The translations under genes were made by a program, and so were the position numbers. From Eukaryota sp. TZLM1-RC (Eukaryota > Protista > Metamonada: BaSk clade): DNA of 64,000 bases. This document shows, piece after piece, positions 37,982-49,079 of this stretch (position 1 is the first letter of the stretch; the number at the start of each line of letters is the position of its first letter). The notes under the pieces are model-generated. The model made no database searches and was not told the origin of the DNA. It saw only the letters and a program-made list of their open reading frames with translations. The stretch covers positions 3,162,001 through 3,226,000 of the forward strand of contig JAUPSS010000002.1 in the NCBI GenBank assembly GCA_040285825.1. Reading direction: 5' to 3'.

Positions 37982-38824
37982 GGATGGAGTTGTTGAAGCA
38001 AATCCTGGTCCGAAAAAGAGAAGATCCAATTTTAAATCAACTCATCCATCAAAAGTTATTAGAAAAGCGATTTTTGACCAACAAACATCAAAACGTAAAC
38101 GGAAAAAACAACAAAAAGCACTGAACCGAGAAAATTGTATTGAGAATACAATGTTGAATATCGAGAACAGGAAGATTTTGACAAATAAACCATTGAAACT
38201 CAGTATGGTCAGAAAAATTGAGCCAAGTCCCAGTGGCTTCAAGCCTGATCCATTGATTCAATCCAAATCAATGAACCCAAATCCCACTGTTATGTGCTTT
38301 GATCTTGAAACCTATCAATATAGTCATCTTTACTTAAATCATGATGGCCAATTCCTCCCTCCTGACGAGATGATCAACAAAAAGAGAAAAGAGGGTGCAA
38401 ATCTTTTGAATCAGAAAACTGAGCAAATGGGTGAGTGGATTTCAGATCAAAAAGTGTTTTTAATTTCGATTGTTATTGGTAACTTTGATCGCCATAATTT
38501 CTTTTTGGAAAATATATAGTCACTGATATTGAGAATGAATCCTCGAATTAGATTACAAGACATTGATATGGACATTCAGGCAGAAATTTTCTCAGACGAA
38601 GAAACCTTGCTTCGTAGGTTTTTAAACGCTATTGGTAATCATCAACCTCATTGTTTTCTTAATCACAATTTAATGCACTAAAAAAACAAGGTAAACATAA
38701 ACTGATTGAGCGAGAAAAGGGCAAGAAAAAACCCAGTGTAGCCTGGAAATTAAAATTGTTGGAGGCCATTGTAAATACCTGGTCTTATAGAGATCAAAAA
38801 TTACTCCATTATTGCCTTCAGAAT
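37982..38824 (+). pseudogene. DEDDy exonuclease fragment (N-terminal part of the exo-Fanzor), chimeric
   Basis: Basic N-terminus, ExoI MCFDLET, then EIFSDEETLLRRF...FLNHNL (close to copy A); 38679-38824 is near-identical to 41405-41550 and ends YCLQN. Confidence 0.8.
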
Positions 38825-38825
38825 T

Positions 38826-38945
38826 TATTTGTATCAAATTGTATTTAAAACCTATAAATCAAAATCTAAATAATCCATCTCTCCCAAAACAAAAACACAA
38901 GCTGCAACTCTCTCATAATGAGATTCAAGAGCCGACAAAAAGCTA
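38826..38945 (-). mobile_element. Short 3' fragment of a CRE-like element
   Basis: SHYERVAACVFVLGEMDYLDFDL matches the C-terminus of the 35395-37041 ORF. Confidence 0.8.
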
Positions 38946-39579
38946 ACATTGTTATCCTGACTTTCAAAATGCAATACAAACATGATTAACCAAGATTCTA
39001 TTGAAAAGCAGCATTTGATGACAAATAATACATTTGATGACAACATTCAAAAGTCAGCTAAAAATTGATAATACAAATAATCTGTAACACTGTTTGAGCC
39101 AAGAAGATAGCAGCTCTCACAAGCTATGGTGTTTGCCAAAAGTAGTTCATTCACAATTGAGTATGTGCTTCGAGCCCGTGTGCTTAAAACATATGAAGAA
39201 CAAGACTTAACAGGCCCGAGTTGGAAAAAACGATAATATCAGAAAAGTAAAATATTTTCCCATTCAAAGAATAAATCCAATGATTGATTTTAGTGTGATA
39301 AAGTTGTGAAAAAAATGCTTAGAAAATAAACTCTAGAGTTAAAACCAATGATATAGTAATAATTACCGAGAGCAGGTGTTCCCAATGGTTTGAAAGTTAT
39401 CAATGTCATCACTGTAATACTTAATAGATAATTTCACTAAAAATAGTCAATTTTCCAAGTGTAACATATAAACATGATTAAAAATTTAAAAAACTTGCAT
39501 TTATTAACAAATTAAGAAAAATTACGTACAATCAAAAAGCCCTAAACTTAAAAAAACAAAGCTTAAAAATATCCTAGTT

Positions 39580-40161
39580 TCAATACTCCAAAATAGGCTG
39601 GCCTCGGTCATGCATTTGAGGAATATTGCATGGTAAATTAAACGCCTTCGCCAAGACTAACTTAAACAGTTTTTGAATGTTTATAGATGCATAAGAAGAG
39701 GAAAAGACGAGTGGTGCTCTTATGGCAGCTGCGTATTTCCTGGCACTCTCCATGATTTCATCCTGATACTCTGGTGGAGATTGTACGAATATGTCAAACT
39801 TGGTGCCGACAAGGAACGGTATGGCAGACTTGTTGAAGATGCGACTTTGTCTGTACCAGTTTTTGATACCTTTCAGTGACTCTTTCCTTGTGAGATCAAA
39901 CAAGTAGAAGACTGCAGCGGCATCTGTGAGGACTAGAGGCAGCATGGAGCTGAATTCACGGGCTCCACCGAGATCAAAAATGACAAATGTGCAGTTTGCG
40001 TTCTTTAACTGGACTGTTTTTTCCATAAAGTTGATGCCAAGAGTAGCACTGTAAGCTTCATCCCATTTTTGTTCAACATAGCGGACCATAAGACTGGTTT
40101 TACCCACTTCAGCATCACCAAGCATGGCTACTTTAATGTTAATTGATTGAGGACTTGTCAT
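39580..40161 (-). CDS. SPG1: Spg1/Tem1 family small GTPase
   Basis: GDAEVGKTSLMVRYV, TLGINFMEK, DLGG.REF..MLPLV, WYRQ...NKSAIPFLVGTKFD, C-terminal G.PILEY. Confidence 0.93.
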   Translation of the reverse strand: MTSPQSINIKVAMLGDAEVGKTSLMVRYVEQKWDEAYSATLGINFMEKTVQLKNANCTFVIFDLGGAREFSSMLPLVLTDAAAVFYLFDLTRKESLKGIKNWYRQSRIFNKSAIPFLVGTKFDIFVQSPPEYQDEIMESARKYAAAIRAPLVFSSSYASINIQKLFKLVLAKAFNLPCNIPQMHDRGQPILEY

Positions 40162-40419
40162 GGTTGAATGAGTACGAGATAAGAGAAGGAGATGATGAAA
40201 TACAGTTTAAATAAACTGCATTCTTTCCCTAAACCGCAACCACAACTAAATTGTGAAAAATTTGATTTAATCAATTCGTAGTTATGATAGTCTGATACCA
40301 TGTGGTATATACCATGTGTCAATGTAGATAATGATAAAACCAAAATATAATTTATTATTGATACCAGCGTATTAAATTATCTGATATCTTTAATTATTGA
40401 TTTTATGTATGTTTTACTT

Positions 40420-43120
40420 TCAATTTACATCACTTAAACGTAAATCAACTAATTTTGATGCCAGCAAACGTAAAACAACTTCTAGAGGTAGAGCTTCTAC
40501 AGTTGCTCCAAAGACTAAAAAACATCGTGTGACTTCAGAGCCATCTGAGGCTGGCCAACCAGTTTCAATTAATCAGTCTTTTTCACATAAAGATCTGCAT
40601 GTGGATGAAACTACAGAACAAATTGTTGACCTTAAATCATTAGAAATCTTTCATTCCGCCAATGTAAATTTATGGTGTATTGACATTGAGGCAAATCCTA
40701 AAATCCAGTACAAAGGCAAAGCAGAATATTTAAGATTTTTGGTTACTTTTGAGTATCGAAAAGACAATGCAAAAAAAGATTAGTTAAAAAGACAGTGGGA
40801 TCATTGTCAATTCAATTACTAATTCTAAAAGATCAGAAATTGATGCAAAAATTGATTCTTTAGAACAAAAATTAACAAAATTAGCCCACGTTAATGAATA
40901 TGAGAATCAAAAGACAAAAATTTTCTCAAAGCCACCTGACGTGTCTCTTAAAAGAGATGCTATTATACTTATTTCTGTGGTCTTTGCATAATTTGACTCA
41001 AATGTTTCGTAATTAATTAACCAACAGAAACTCATTGTTGTGGCTTCCACTGATTATTATCTGTTTTCCTCTGTATCTGATGATTGTTCAAATACTTTTT
41101 CATTTTTTTCCCAGTGAACTTTCAATGATCTATAATTTTGATAATTGTCTGAATAATTATCCACCAGACTATTTAGCTGGACAAAACATCAAACAATTTG
41201 TTTTGTCCTCTTTGAAAAGTCGCTCTATCATTTATGGCAAGGATTTATTGAAAAAAGAATATTTATCTAACCAATTAAATGATATTTTGAATCCATTCAT
41301 TGAAGATGCATATAATTTCCAACTTGTTGATACTCTTCATTTATTCAACAATTCTTATCAATGTGGTTCTGAAAATAGTTTATCTTATGTTGCTTCATGT
41401 TTGTTAAAAAAACAAGGTAAACATAAACTGATTGAGCGAGAAAAGGGCAAGAAAAAACCCAGTGTAGCCTGGAAATTAAAATTGTTGGAGGCCATTGTAA
41501 ATACCTGGTCTTATAGAGATGAAAAATTACTCCATTATTGTTTTTAGAATGCTCTTTTGGTTTTTGAGACTATTAACTTCTTCTTGAAACCGAATACCCA
41601 ACAATTATTAAAGTTGACTTCAATCAAAAATATCAAATGTGATATTAAGAATTTAATTCCTAACCAAAATGTTCAAAAAGTTATTCAAGAGATGGTAGTT
41701 AATATTGACAAAATTGAAAACTTTTAAGGAATTTTTTATTACTCAAATTGTATTACTTAAAGTGCTTTCTCAATTATGGGAACCAGTCTTGTTTTGCAAT
41801 GAACTTATTGAACCCACTATATGGGTGGTCAAATCATTTGACAAAAAATGTTTTCATTTAAAACGAGATCAGAGAACAAGTCTTGATGTCAATGATTTTC
41901 TTCAAAAGACATATAGGGAAATGGAGGGTAAACGAATTAATTCATGACCAAAAAAAACCCATGGTGAATTTTTTTGATGGCAGTATTTTGACAGATGACT
42001 TTGGAGTTTCTGTTCAAAACAAGCCAATGATCTGAAAAAACGTAAAGACAAACTAAAAGAAAGGGATAATTTATATATTCATGATCTTTGTGAAGACGAA
42101 CTGGAATAGACCCCAATATGATACCAAACTGGTATAAGTATAAGAAACTCCACAGGAACTTCCTTACCATATCAGTCAATCATATGCTGATGAGATGAGT
42201 AGTATTGAGTCCAATGGAATCGGTGTGACTGGAGCAGGAAGAAAAAGATATGAAAAGTTCAAACAAATAAGATACGTGTGGAAAAAATAGAAAAAAAATA
42301 AAAAAAAACAAAAAAATCATTCAATGAATAAAGACAAAAATTTAAAGAAAAAAAGAGACAAACTAAATATTGATTCATACACTGCAGGTAGACGAAATTT
42401 TTTTAACTTCAAACAGAGAAATTCAGAGAAACGGAAAAAACTACTTAAACTCGATAATTTTAAGTATTGAAAACTCTTCCAAAACTGTAGTAATAAAAAG
42501 AATCAACGGTGAAGAGGAAATCATTAAAGCTCTTCCTGATTTCACATTGAGAGAATTCAATTTACCATCTAAGCAATACGAGGTGTCAGTACAAGAAATT
42601 TCTGATAAATTATCAGAATATTCCAGAAAAACTATGGATCTGCAGTACTTCAAGGAGTACATTAACTACTCCATGATAAATTGCTCCGTCCGATTTATCA
42701 AGACCCTCTCTTGAGGCGCCACACTCTATACAAATATATGAATAAATAAAAGAGAGAGACAGCCTGGGTTAACCGATTAAAAGCCAAGTTAAAAGTTGAT
42801 GCTCAAAATATTGTAAATGGTTTTGGTAAGTGGGACGCTAAGACCAATCGTAAAGGTAAAACCAGCACAATCAGAGGTGTTGGGCTAAGAATAATTCTGA
42901 GAAAAGCTGGTATAAAACTAGATATGGTAGACGAGTATCGTACCAGTAAGAGATGTGCTGCTTGTGTTGAGGATCATCACGAAAGAAATACCAAAAGTGA
43001 TGTAAAGGTCCAAGATCCAAATGCCTAAAAGAGACTCAAACGTATGAAGAAGAGGTTAAAGAATGACTTGCGAGTCGCTAAAAAACAGGATTCGGAAGTA
43101 TTCAAAATCTTGAAACACCA
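40420..43120 (+). pseudogene. Exonuclease-Fanzor1 fusion gene, copy C (decayed, 3' truncated)
   Basis: ExoI WCIDIE, ExoII AGQNIKQF, VDTL...SLSYVA, ExoIII HYCF*NALL, continuing in frame into SIKNIKCDIKNLI...IQEMV. Later motifs: FDGSILTDDFGVSV, GIDPN, GFGKW...RGVGLR...MVDEYRTSKRCAAC. Confidence 0.8.
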
Positions 43121-43134
43121 CACACCGAATAACA

Positions 43135-43671
43135 ATGGCTTCTGCAGCACAACCCTACCACGAATGTATTCGTACAACGTAAGTCTTAAACTCTTGTATT
43201 TATCACAGCCTTCTATCTGTACTTTGTCTTCGAAACTTTCCCTCAATCGAGACTGAGCGTCATAACTATCCTGAAGTCGAAGTAGGGACTCACAAGTTTC
43301 TACTGCTTAAACCCATCACAATTGCTCGTGGTCCCGATGAAAAAATGTTAATCGAACCTTCCATCAATTCTGTTCGTATTTCTTTAAAGATCAAACAATC
43401 TGATAAGATTGACACTATGCTCGTTTCCAAACTTACACATTTTCTGATGCAAAGAGCCGGAGATTTACCTATTCTCCGTAGAAAAGCTCTCCCAGGATAC
43501 GATTTATCTTTTCTCATCACCAATCAGCATACTGAGAGTTTATTAAAACATAAGCTCGTGGATTTCATTGTTGATTTTGTCAAGGATGTTGATGCTGAGG
43601 TGTCAGGACTCAAATTAGGGGTGAACAAACGTGCCAGACAAGTAGCACAGCTCTATCTTGGTAGTTTTTAA
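43135..43671 (+). CDS. ARPC4: Arp2/3 complex subunit 4 (p20); intron 43179-43208
   Basis: Removing the 30-nt GTAAGT...ACAG intron gives MASAAQPYHECIRTTLLSVLCLRNFPS..ERHNYPEVE..LIEPSINSVRIS.., 168 aa. Confidence 0.95.
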
Positions 43672-44078
43672 TCAATTGTTGTAAATTTATTTATTTGATT
43701 TGTTGATTTATTAGCACAATATGGTTACTCTGAATATGTTGGTGCAACTATGGCGTATGAACTTTTCAATTTTTTATCAAACAACTGGTCCAATATACAA
43801 ATTAAATTCTGTGATGTTACAATAAATCACCCAAATTAATCAGTAATTTGTAAGTTTTAAATGTGCTGATCTAGACTAAGTCTTGGACCTTCATCAATGA
43901 CTGTTTGGTTTGAACTGCTTGTGTTATGGAAAAGTACCAAAAATAAACATTTCTGTACAAACATTTATTGAGGAATTTCTGTGTGGTGGCAATGAGTTGC
44001 TCCTCTCACTATAACTTCACCAGTTCGAACTTCGAATAGATGGATTTAATTGATGCTGGTGCACTTGAACTCTCAAAA

Positions 44079-44687
44079 TCATCTAATTTTGGGGAGTTCA
44101 TCAATCCACTTCAATGGTTCATCAATTCCATCTCCTGTAAGAGCCGAAAGCTTCTATGATAAATGCAGTGAAAGAACATACAAAAATCGGTACATCATCT
44201 AGTAAATTCTCTCCCAAACACTCGCGAAGTTCTTGTTCTTCAATGGTGTCTGAACAATCACATTTCTGCAATCAACTAAGAGATTGTAACAAACATTCAG
44301 TAGAATAGAAACATATGGTGGTGGTGTCAATTTGAGCAAATCTTTCACTATGATGGTCCAAGTGCAATAAACACAATGTAGCCCACATTTCTTGTCCTTG
44401 CAACACAATCGTTTCTTGTCAGTAGCATCCACTACAAAAAAGATAGCATAACAATCTGCAGTATAGTGACACCATAATTTCTTGATCATACACCCACCTC
44501 CAACATCCCAAAACTCATACCTGCTTCGTCGATGCGTGATGGTTTCCACATTGAAGCCAGTTGTTGGAACCGTTTGGACAGGGACACCATTTTTGTATCG
44601 ATACAGAAGATTAGACTTACCCACAGCATCAAGCCCTAATAACACAACTCGAATTGGTTTGCGTTTGAAAAAAGAGAGGAGGCCCAT
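44079..44687 (-). CDS. Arf/Arl family GTPase; introns 44266-44294 and 44154-44181
   Basis: MG start, GLDAVGKS, PTTGFNVE, WDVGG; splicing the 29- and 28-nt introns restores NKCD and SALTGDGI..W; 183 aa. Confidence 0.9.
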
Positions 44688-45284
44688 TTCTGGTAAGATT
44701 AAGTGTGCTGACAATTTTTGGGCAGCATCCTTTGTTCAACTTTCTCATTTTGGAATTCCGGAATTCCAGACTTCCAAATACTTAAAGAATTCCTGCAGTA
44801 AACTTCTGGAATTCCAGATCCCATGAATAATGATATTCAATGGTATGATTATGTTAATCGTGTACATGACTCTCATACATGCTTCTTTTTCACCCTCCAA
44901 AGTCACCTGTTTCGACAATTAGCTAACTGAATCTGGATATTGATTCCACCACAATCATACAATTGACAATGAACAACAAGTAGCTGCATCAATTGATTAA
45001 TATTGAAGCAATGTCATGCATTACCTAAGCTAAAATCAAAAAAACCTAACAAATGTGTTGTAAACAGAGTTTTGAGATCTCAAAACAAGAAATCTGAGAT
45101 GATGGGATAGATTGTCTCCTTGCAGTAGTATAATCAAAAATCAGGGCCACATTAAAGATGTCTCAATACGAAACCCAACCACAAGGTTAGGCAATGAAAC
45201 ACCTATGGTATAAGTATCATTGATTAACTCTGAAATGAGTCATATCAGTAAGTCCAAAATTTATTTGATTTGTTTATTAATTTA

Positions 45285-45359
45285 TCTCAGTATCTGTGTA
45301 GTGGATAGTGATTGCAATTATTCCACACGGAAATAGTTCATGCAATTATGAGAATTTCC
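45285..45359 (+). ncRNA. Orphan copy of the Fanzor right end / omega-RNA scaffold
   Basis: TCTCAGTATCTGTGTAG...ATTATTCCACACG...AATTAT..GAATTTCC as at 27138-27209; no Fanzor ORF upstream. Confidence 0.55.
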
Positions 45360-45641
45360 CACCAAAATATATTTTTTTGTCTCAAACAGTTACTATCAAC
45401 CATTTAAACTATAGTGTTTCTTGATTTTTTAGATGTTGATTTATAGGTTTTTAACAAAAAAATTGAAAAAAATATAAACACCTTAAACATGTGGTCTGCG
45501 ACATATTACAAAATGAATGGAGATGATGTTATGACATCATTGTGACTGATTGAAGTAGAAGTGAGAAAATAGAAATTTGTTCATCATTTTGACTGGTTAC
45601 CACACAGGTGAAAGTCTTAAAGCTGCATTGTTTCAGAATCA

Positions 45642-45971
45642 TCAAACAATCAGGATTTCCCTTTCATCTAGTATTGTTCTGTTGATATACCTCATGGCAA
45701 TCTCAGTCGATGCACGGGTATAGTATTCAACGAAGCAATAACCGCATGGTTTGAGTGATTTCTTGTTGAATCCCATAATGATACGTTTGATACGACCAGC
45801 ATGAGAGAAAAGTGCATGAATCTGCTCCTCTGATGTGTAAAAAGAAAGATTTCCGACATAAAGAGTGATAGTAACTGCCAGCAAGGATTCTATCTCTTCC
45901 TTGGTTTTACCAGTCTGACATAATCTATAGTAGCACTTGTGTTTGAAAATCTCCGACCCAACGGCTGACAT
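45642..45971 (-). CDS. NCBP2: CBP20 (nuclear cap-binding subunit 2)-like RRM protein, C-terminally short
   Basis: [27 protein letters not shown]...[10 protein letters not shown]; lacks the DWD.GF.EGRQ.GRG tail. Confidence 0.7.
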   Translation of the reverse strand: MSAVGSEIFKHKCYYRLCQTGKTKEEIESLLAVTITLYVGNLSFYTSEEQIHALFSHAGRIKRIIMGFNKKSLKPCGYCFVEYYTRASTEIAMRYINRTILDEREILIV

Positions 45972-47368
45972 AAGTTGATATTTGTGGTGTCGGAAGGCAT
46001 GACCATAGTGTTATTTGTTGGGAGAAGGTTCGTAGTAGAGTAAGTGATGGAATGTTGTAAGTGATGAAATGAAATTCAATTACGAATCTGGGGAATGATG
46101 ACAATTCAACCTAACTCCACTCACCAACTTTTGTAACATGAAGATCTTGTCTGATGAAAGGAAAATATTCAGAAAGTAATCTTGAACGATATGTTTCATT
46201 AATAAACACTTGTAACTAACTTTACTTTGAATTGACAACTATAAGATTGATCGACTTCAACAAATTTTCAATCATTTCTGACTGTTTCTGTTCTGTGTTG
46301 ACTGCCATGGATAACGTTCTACAATCTACAACTGTGGGAGCGTCTGTCAACCAGTTCTTCGGCTCAGAGGCACAAGAAGCTATGGAACGCCGGTTCCAAG
46401 TTGTTGCTAGTATTAGAGCTTATGCTACTCACCTAGCACGACTCTTTGTGCTCCAATATTCAGAACACTCTATGTGGCTTACTCAAGGCCAGTTTTGGAG
46501 CCTCTGTTTCGACTTTGTTTGCCAAAGTGAGCCTAAACAAAGGAGGCCATTTGAGAACCATCCTTTGGTTTACCAAGCGCTGCAACACCTTGCTCAGCAC
46601 TTTTGGCCCTGACGTCCGCTGAATGACACCACCTCAGCCGACGGTGGTAGATTTTGGTGTCATTCAACTCTTCTTGGCAGTCGAACCATCCAACTGCGAG
46701 AAGCCTTTTGTCGGTTCCTTGCTGACGGCCCTGTTGTCTGTAAACGCAATTTTTTCAAGAGCTGTGCTCAGTTTCTAAATTGCCCCTGGCGCAAGAAGTA
46801 CGCCGACTGTGTACTTCAAGGGATGCAGCCAGATGAGTCAATTTTACAATGGTATTAAGAAATACACCAGCATATCTTGATCAATTGGCTCAATGTGACA
46901 GCCAACGCCTATATTGGTGGCGGTGAAAATTTGTTCGAAAGTTTAATAAGAAACGAACAATTTCCCATCAATATGGAGTCTGCGGCAACAGTCGTTCAAT
47001 CTGGCTTGAACATTTTAACTTTTCTAGAAGATAATTGCCCTGATGTGATGAAAACGCACTCTCTCTCCACTGTCCAGTTGGTATCCATGATTCTGCAGCT
47101 TGACTAAAGAAGCAGAAGCTTATTTCACAAAATTAAATGCAAACAAAGAGCTACTGAACAACCCTTATCGGTTTTTTAATAAGTCCAAGTTTATTAACTA
47201 TACTGTTGTTGTTACTGATAAACTAACTGGGTAGACAGATGAGGAATTCACATGATGACGTGGCACTTGTTCAAGAACAAGTATTTTTATTAATAAAGCT
47301 CTCTTTTCTTCTTTTCATCTTTGGTATTTCTGCCTTACGGAATCAATAATTATTGGCACCCATTGCAG

Positions 47369-48121
47369 ATGATATCTACACGCGTACTACATCCGTCCCT
47401 TGCTTCTATGGAAGTGGACGATGTCCTGTTGTTCTTACAACAGTGGAAGGTGTACTCTTCTGTTACACCGAAGAAGGACCTTGTTCCAGCAAGGCTCCTC
47501 GTTGACCCCTTCTTGTTAGAATCATTGGTTCTCACAAGACTTGGGGTTGATTCATCCGATGAGGTGTTTCTGGATCATTTAAGAGCCTCCACCTCGTTTT
47601 CCTCGTACGAGGAATTCAGCTTGGTGATGTCTGAGTTGAAGGTTGATGTCCATAAGGGCGACGTCCGTGAACGTATGTCCTGCTACCTGAGACGTTTTCT
47701 TCAGGCAAAAAGCAGGGCTTCCGGACTGAAATTGCCTGACTCAGAATTCATGATTAGATTCGCCAAGGGTATTCTTCCATTAGGACTGCAGAAATCTCTG
47801 ATTTCTCGAATTCGGGACGAGGTATTCCCCGATTTTCCAACATTGGTAAATACCGCAGAGGATGAACTACTTAATTGCACGCGAGTAGCTTCTTGGAACA
47901 GATCTTCAAAGACTGTTTCTGAAAATACTGACTCTGTGCGTCAAGCTGGTATGAAGTCTCGTTCATCCCATAGGTCTCGCAATTTGACTGACGGGACATG
48001 TTTCAAATGTCATCAGAAAGGTCATCTAGCTCGTCATTTCCCCTCAAAAGTTAAGCACGAAGTAAATCATCTACACCAAGTGCCTCAGTATCTCAGAAAT
48101 CCCCTATCTTCATTATGCTAA
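47369..48121 (+). CDS. Gag-like protein (250 aa), knuckle CFKCHQKGHLARHF
   Basis: Retrotransposon gag pattern (YLRRF, RFAKGI), CCHC with the last Cys replaced by Phe. Confidence 0.75.
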   Translation: MISTRVLHPSLASMEVDDVLLFLQQWKVYSSVTPKKDLVPARLLVDPFLLESLVLTRLGVDSSDEVFLDHLRASTSFSSYEEFSLVMSELKVDVHKGDVRERMSCYLRRFLQAKSRASGLKLPDSEFMIRFAKGILPLGLQKSLISRIRDEVFPDFPTLVNTAEDELLNCTRVASWNRSSKTVSENTDSVRQAGMKSRSSHRSRNLTDGTCFKCHQKGHLARHFPSKVKHEVNHLHQVPQYLRNPLSSLC

Positions 48122-48326
48122 ATGGTTTACGAAACTGTTGAAAGAAAATGGGAAGAAGTAGTGTTGTTGTTACTGATAAACTAACTGGGTAGACAGATGA
48201 GGAATTCACATGATGACGTGGCACTTGTTCAAGAACAAGTATTTTTATTAATAAAGCTCTCTTTTCTTCTTTTCATCTTTGGTATTTCTGCCTTACGGAA
48301 TCAATAATTATTGGCACCCATTGCAG

Positions 48327-49079
48327 ATGATATCTACACGCGTACTACATCCGTCCCTTGCTTCTATGGAAGTGGACGATGTCCTGTTGTTCTTACAACA
48401 GTGGAAGGTGTACTCTTCTGTTACACCGAAGAAGGACCTTGTTCCAGCAAGGCTCCTCGTTGACCCCTTCTTGTTAGAATCATTGGTTCTCACAAGACTT
48501 GGGGTTGATTCATCCGATGAGGTGTTTCTGGATCATTTAAGAGCCTCCACCTCGTTTTCCTCGTACGAGGAATTCAGCTTGGTGATGTCTGAGTTGAAGG
48601 TTGATGTCCATAAGGGCGACGTCCGTGAACGTATGTCCTGCTACCTGAGACGTTTTCTTCAGGCAAAAAGCAGGGCTTCCGGACTGAAATTGCCTGACTC
48701 AGAATTCATGATTAGATTCGCCAAGGGTATTCTTCCATTAGGACTGCAGAAATCTCTGATTTCTCGAATTCGGGACGAGGTATTCCCCGATTTTCCAACA
48801 TTGGTAAATACCGCAGAGGATGAACTACTTAATTGCACGCGAGTAGCTTCTTGGAACAGATCTTCAAAGACTGTTTCTGAAAATACTGACTCTGTGCGTC
48901 AAGCTGGTATGAAGTCTCGTTCATCCCATAGGTCTCGCAATTTGACTGACGGGACATGTTTCAAATGTCATCAGAAAGGTCATCTAGCTCGTCATTTCCC
49001 CTCAAAAGTTAAGCACGAAGTAAATCATCTACACCAAGTGCCTCAGTATCTCAGAAATCCCCTATCTTCATTATGCTAA
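48327..49079 (+). CDS. Gag-like protein, identical second copy
   Basis: Translation identical to 47369-48121. Confidence 0.75.
   Translation: MISTRVLHPSLASMEVDDVLLFLQQWKVYSSVTPKKDLVPARLLVDPFLLESLVLTRLGVDSSDEVFLDHLRASTSFSSYEEFSLVMSELKVDVHKGDVRERMSCYLRRFLQAKSRASGLKLPDSEFMIRFAKGILPLGLQKSLISRIRDEVFPDFPTLVNTAEDELLNCTRVASWNRSSKTVSENTDSVRQAGMKSRSSHRSRNLTDGTCFKCHQKGHLARHFPSKVKHEVNHLHQVPQYLRNPLSSLC

Noticed and set aside
38151-41600. Host or viral family-B DNA polymerase (Polinton/giant virus insert)
   Set aside because: Only exonuclease motifs are present; no DxxSLYPS or YGDTDS, capsid or packaging ATPase, and Fanzor follows directly.
43120-43180. NNNGFCSTTLPR as the Fanzor zinc-ribbon continuation
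   Set aside because: This DNA is ARPC4 exon 1 in another frame.
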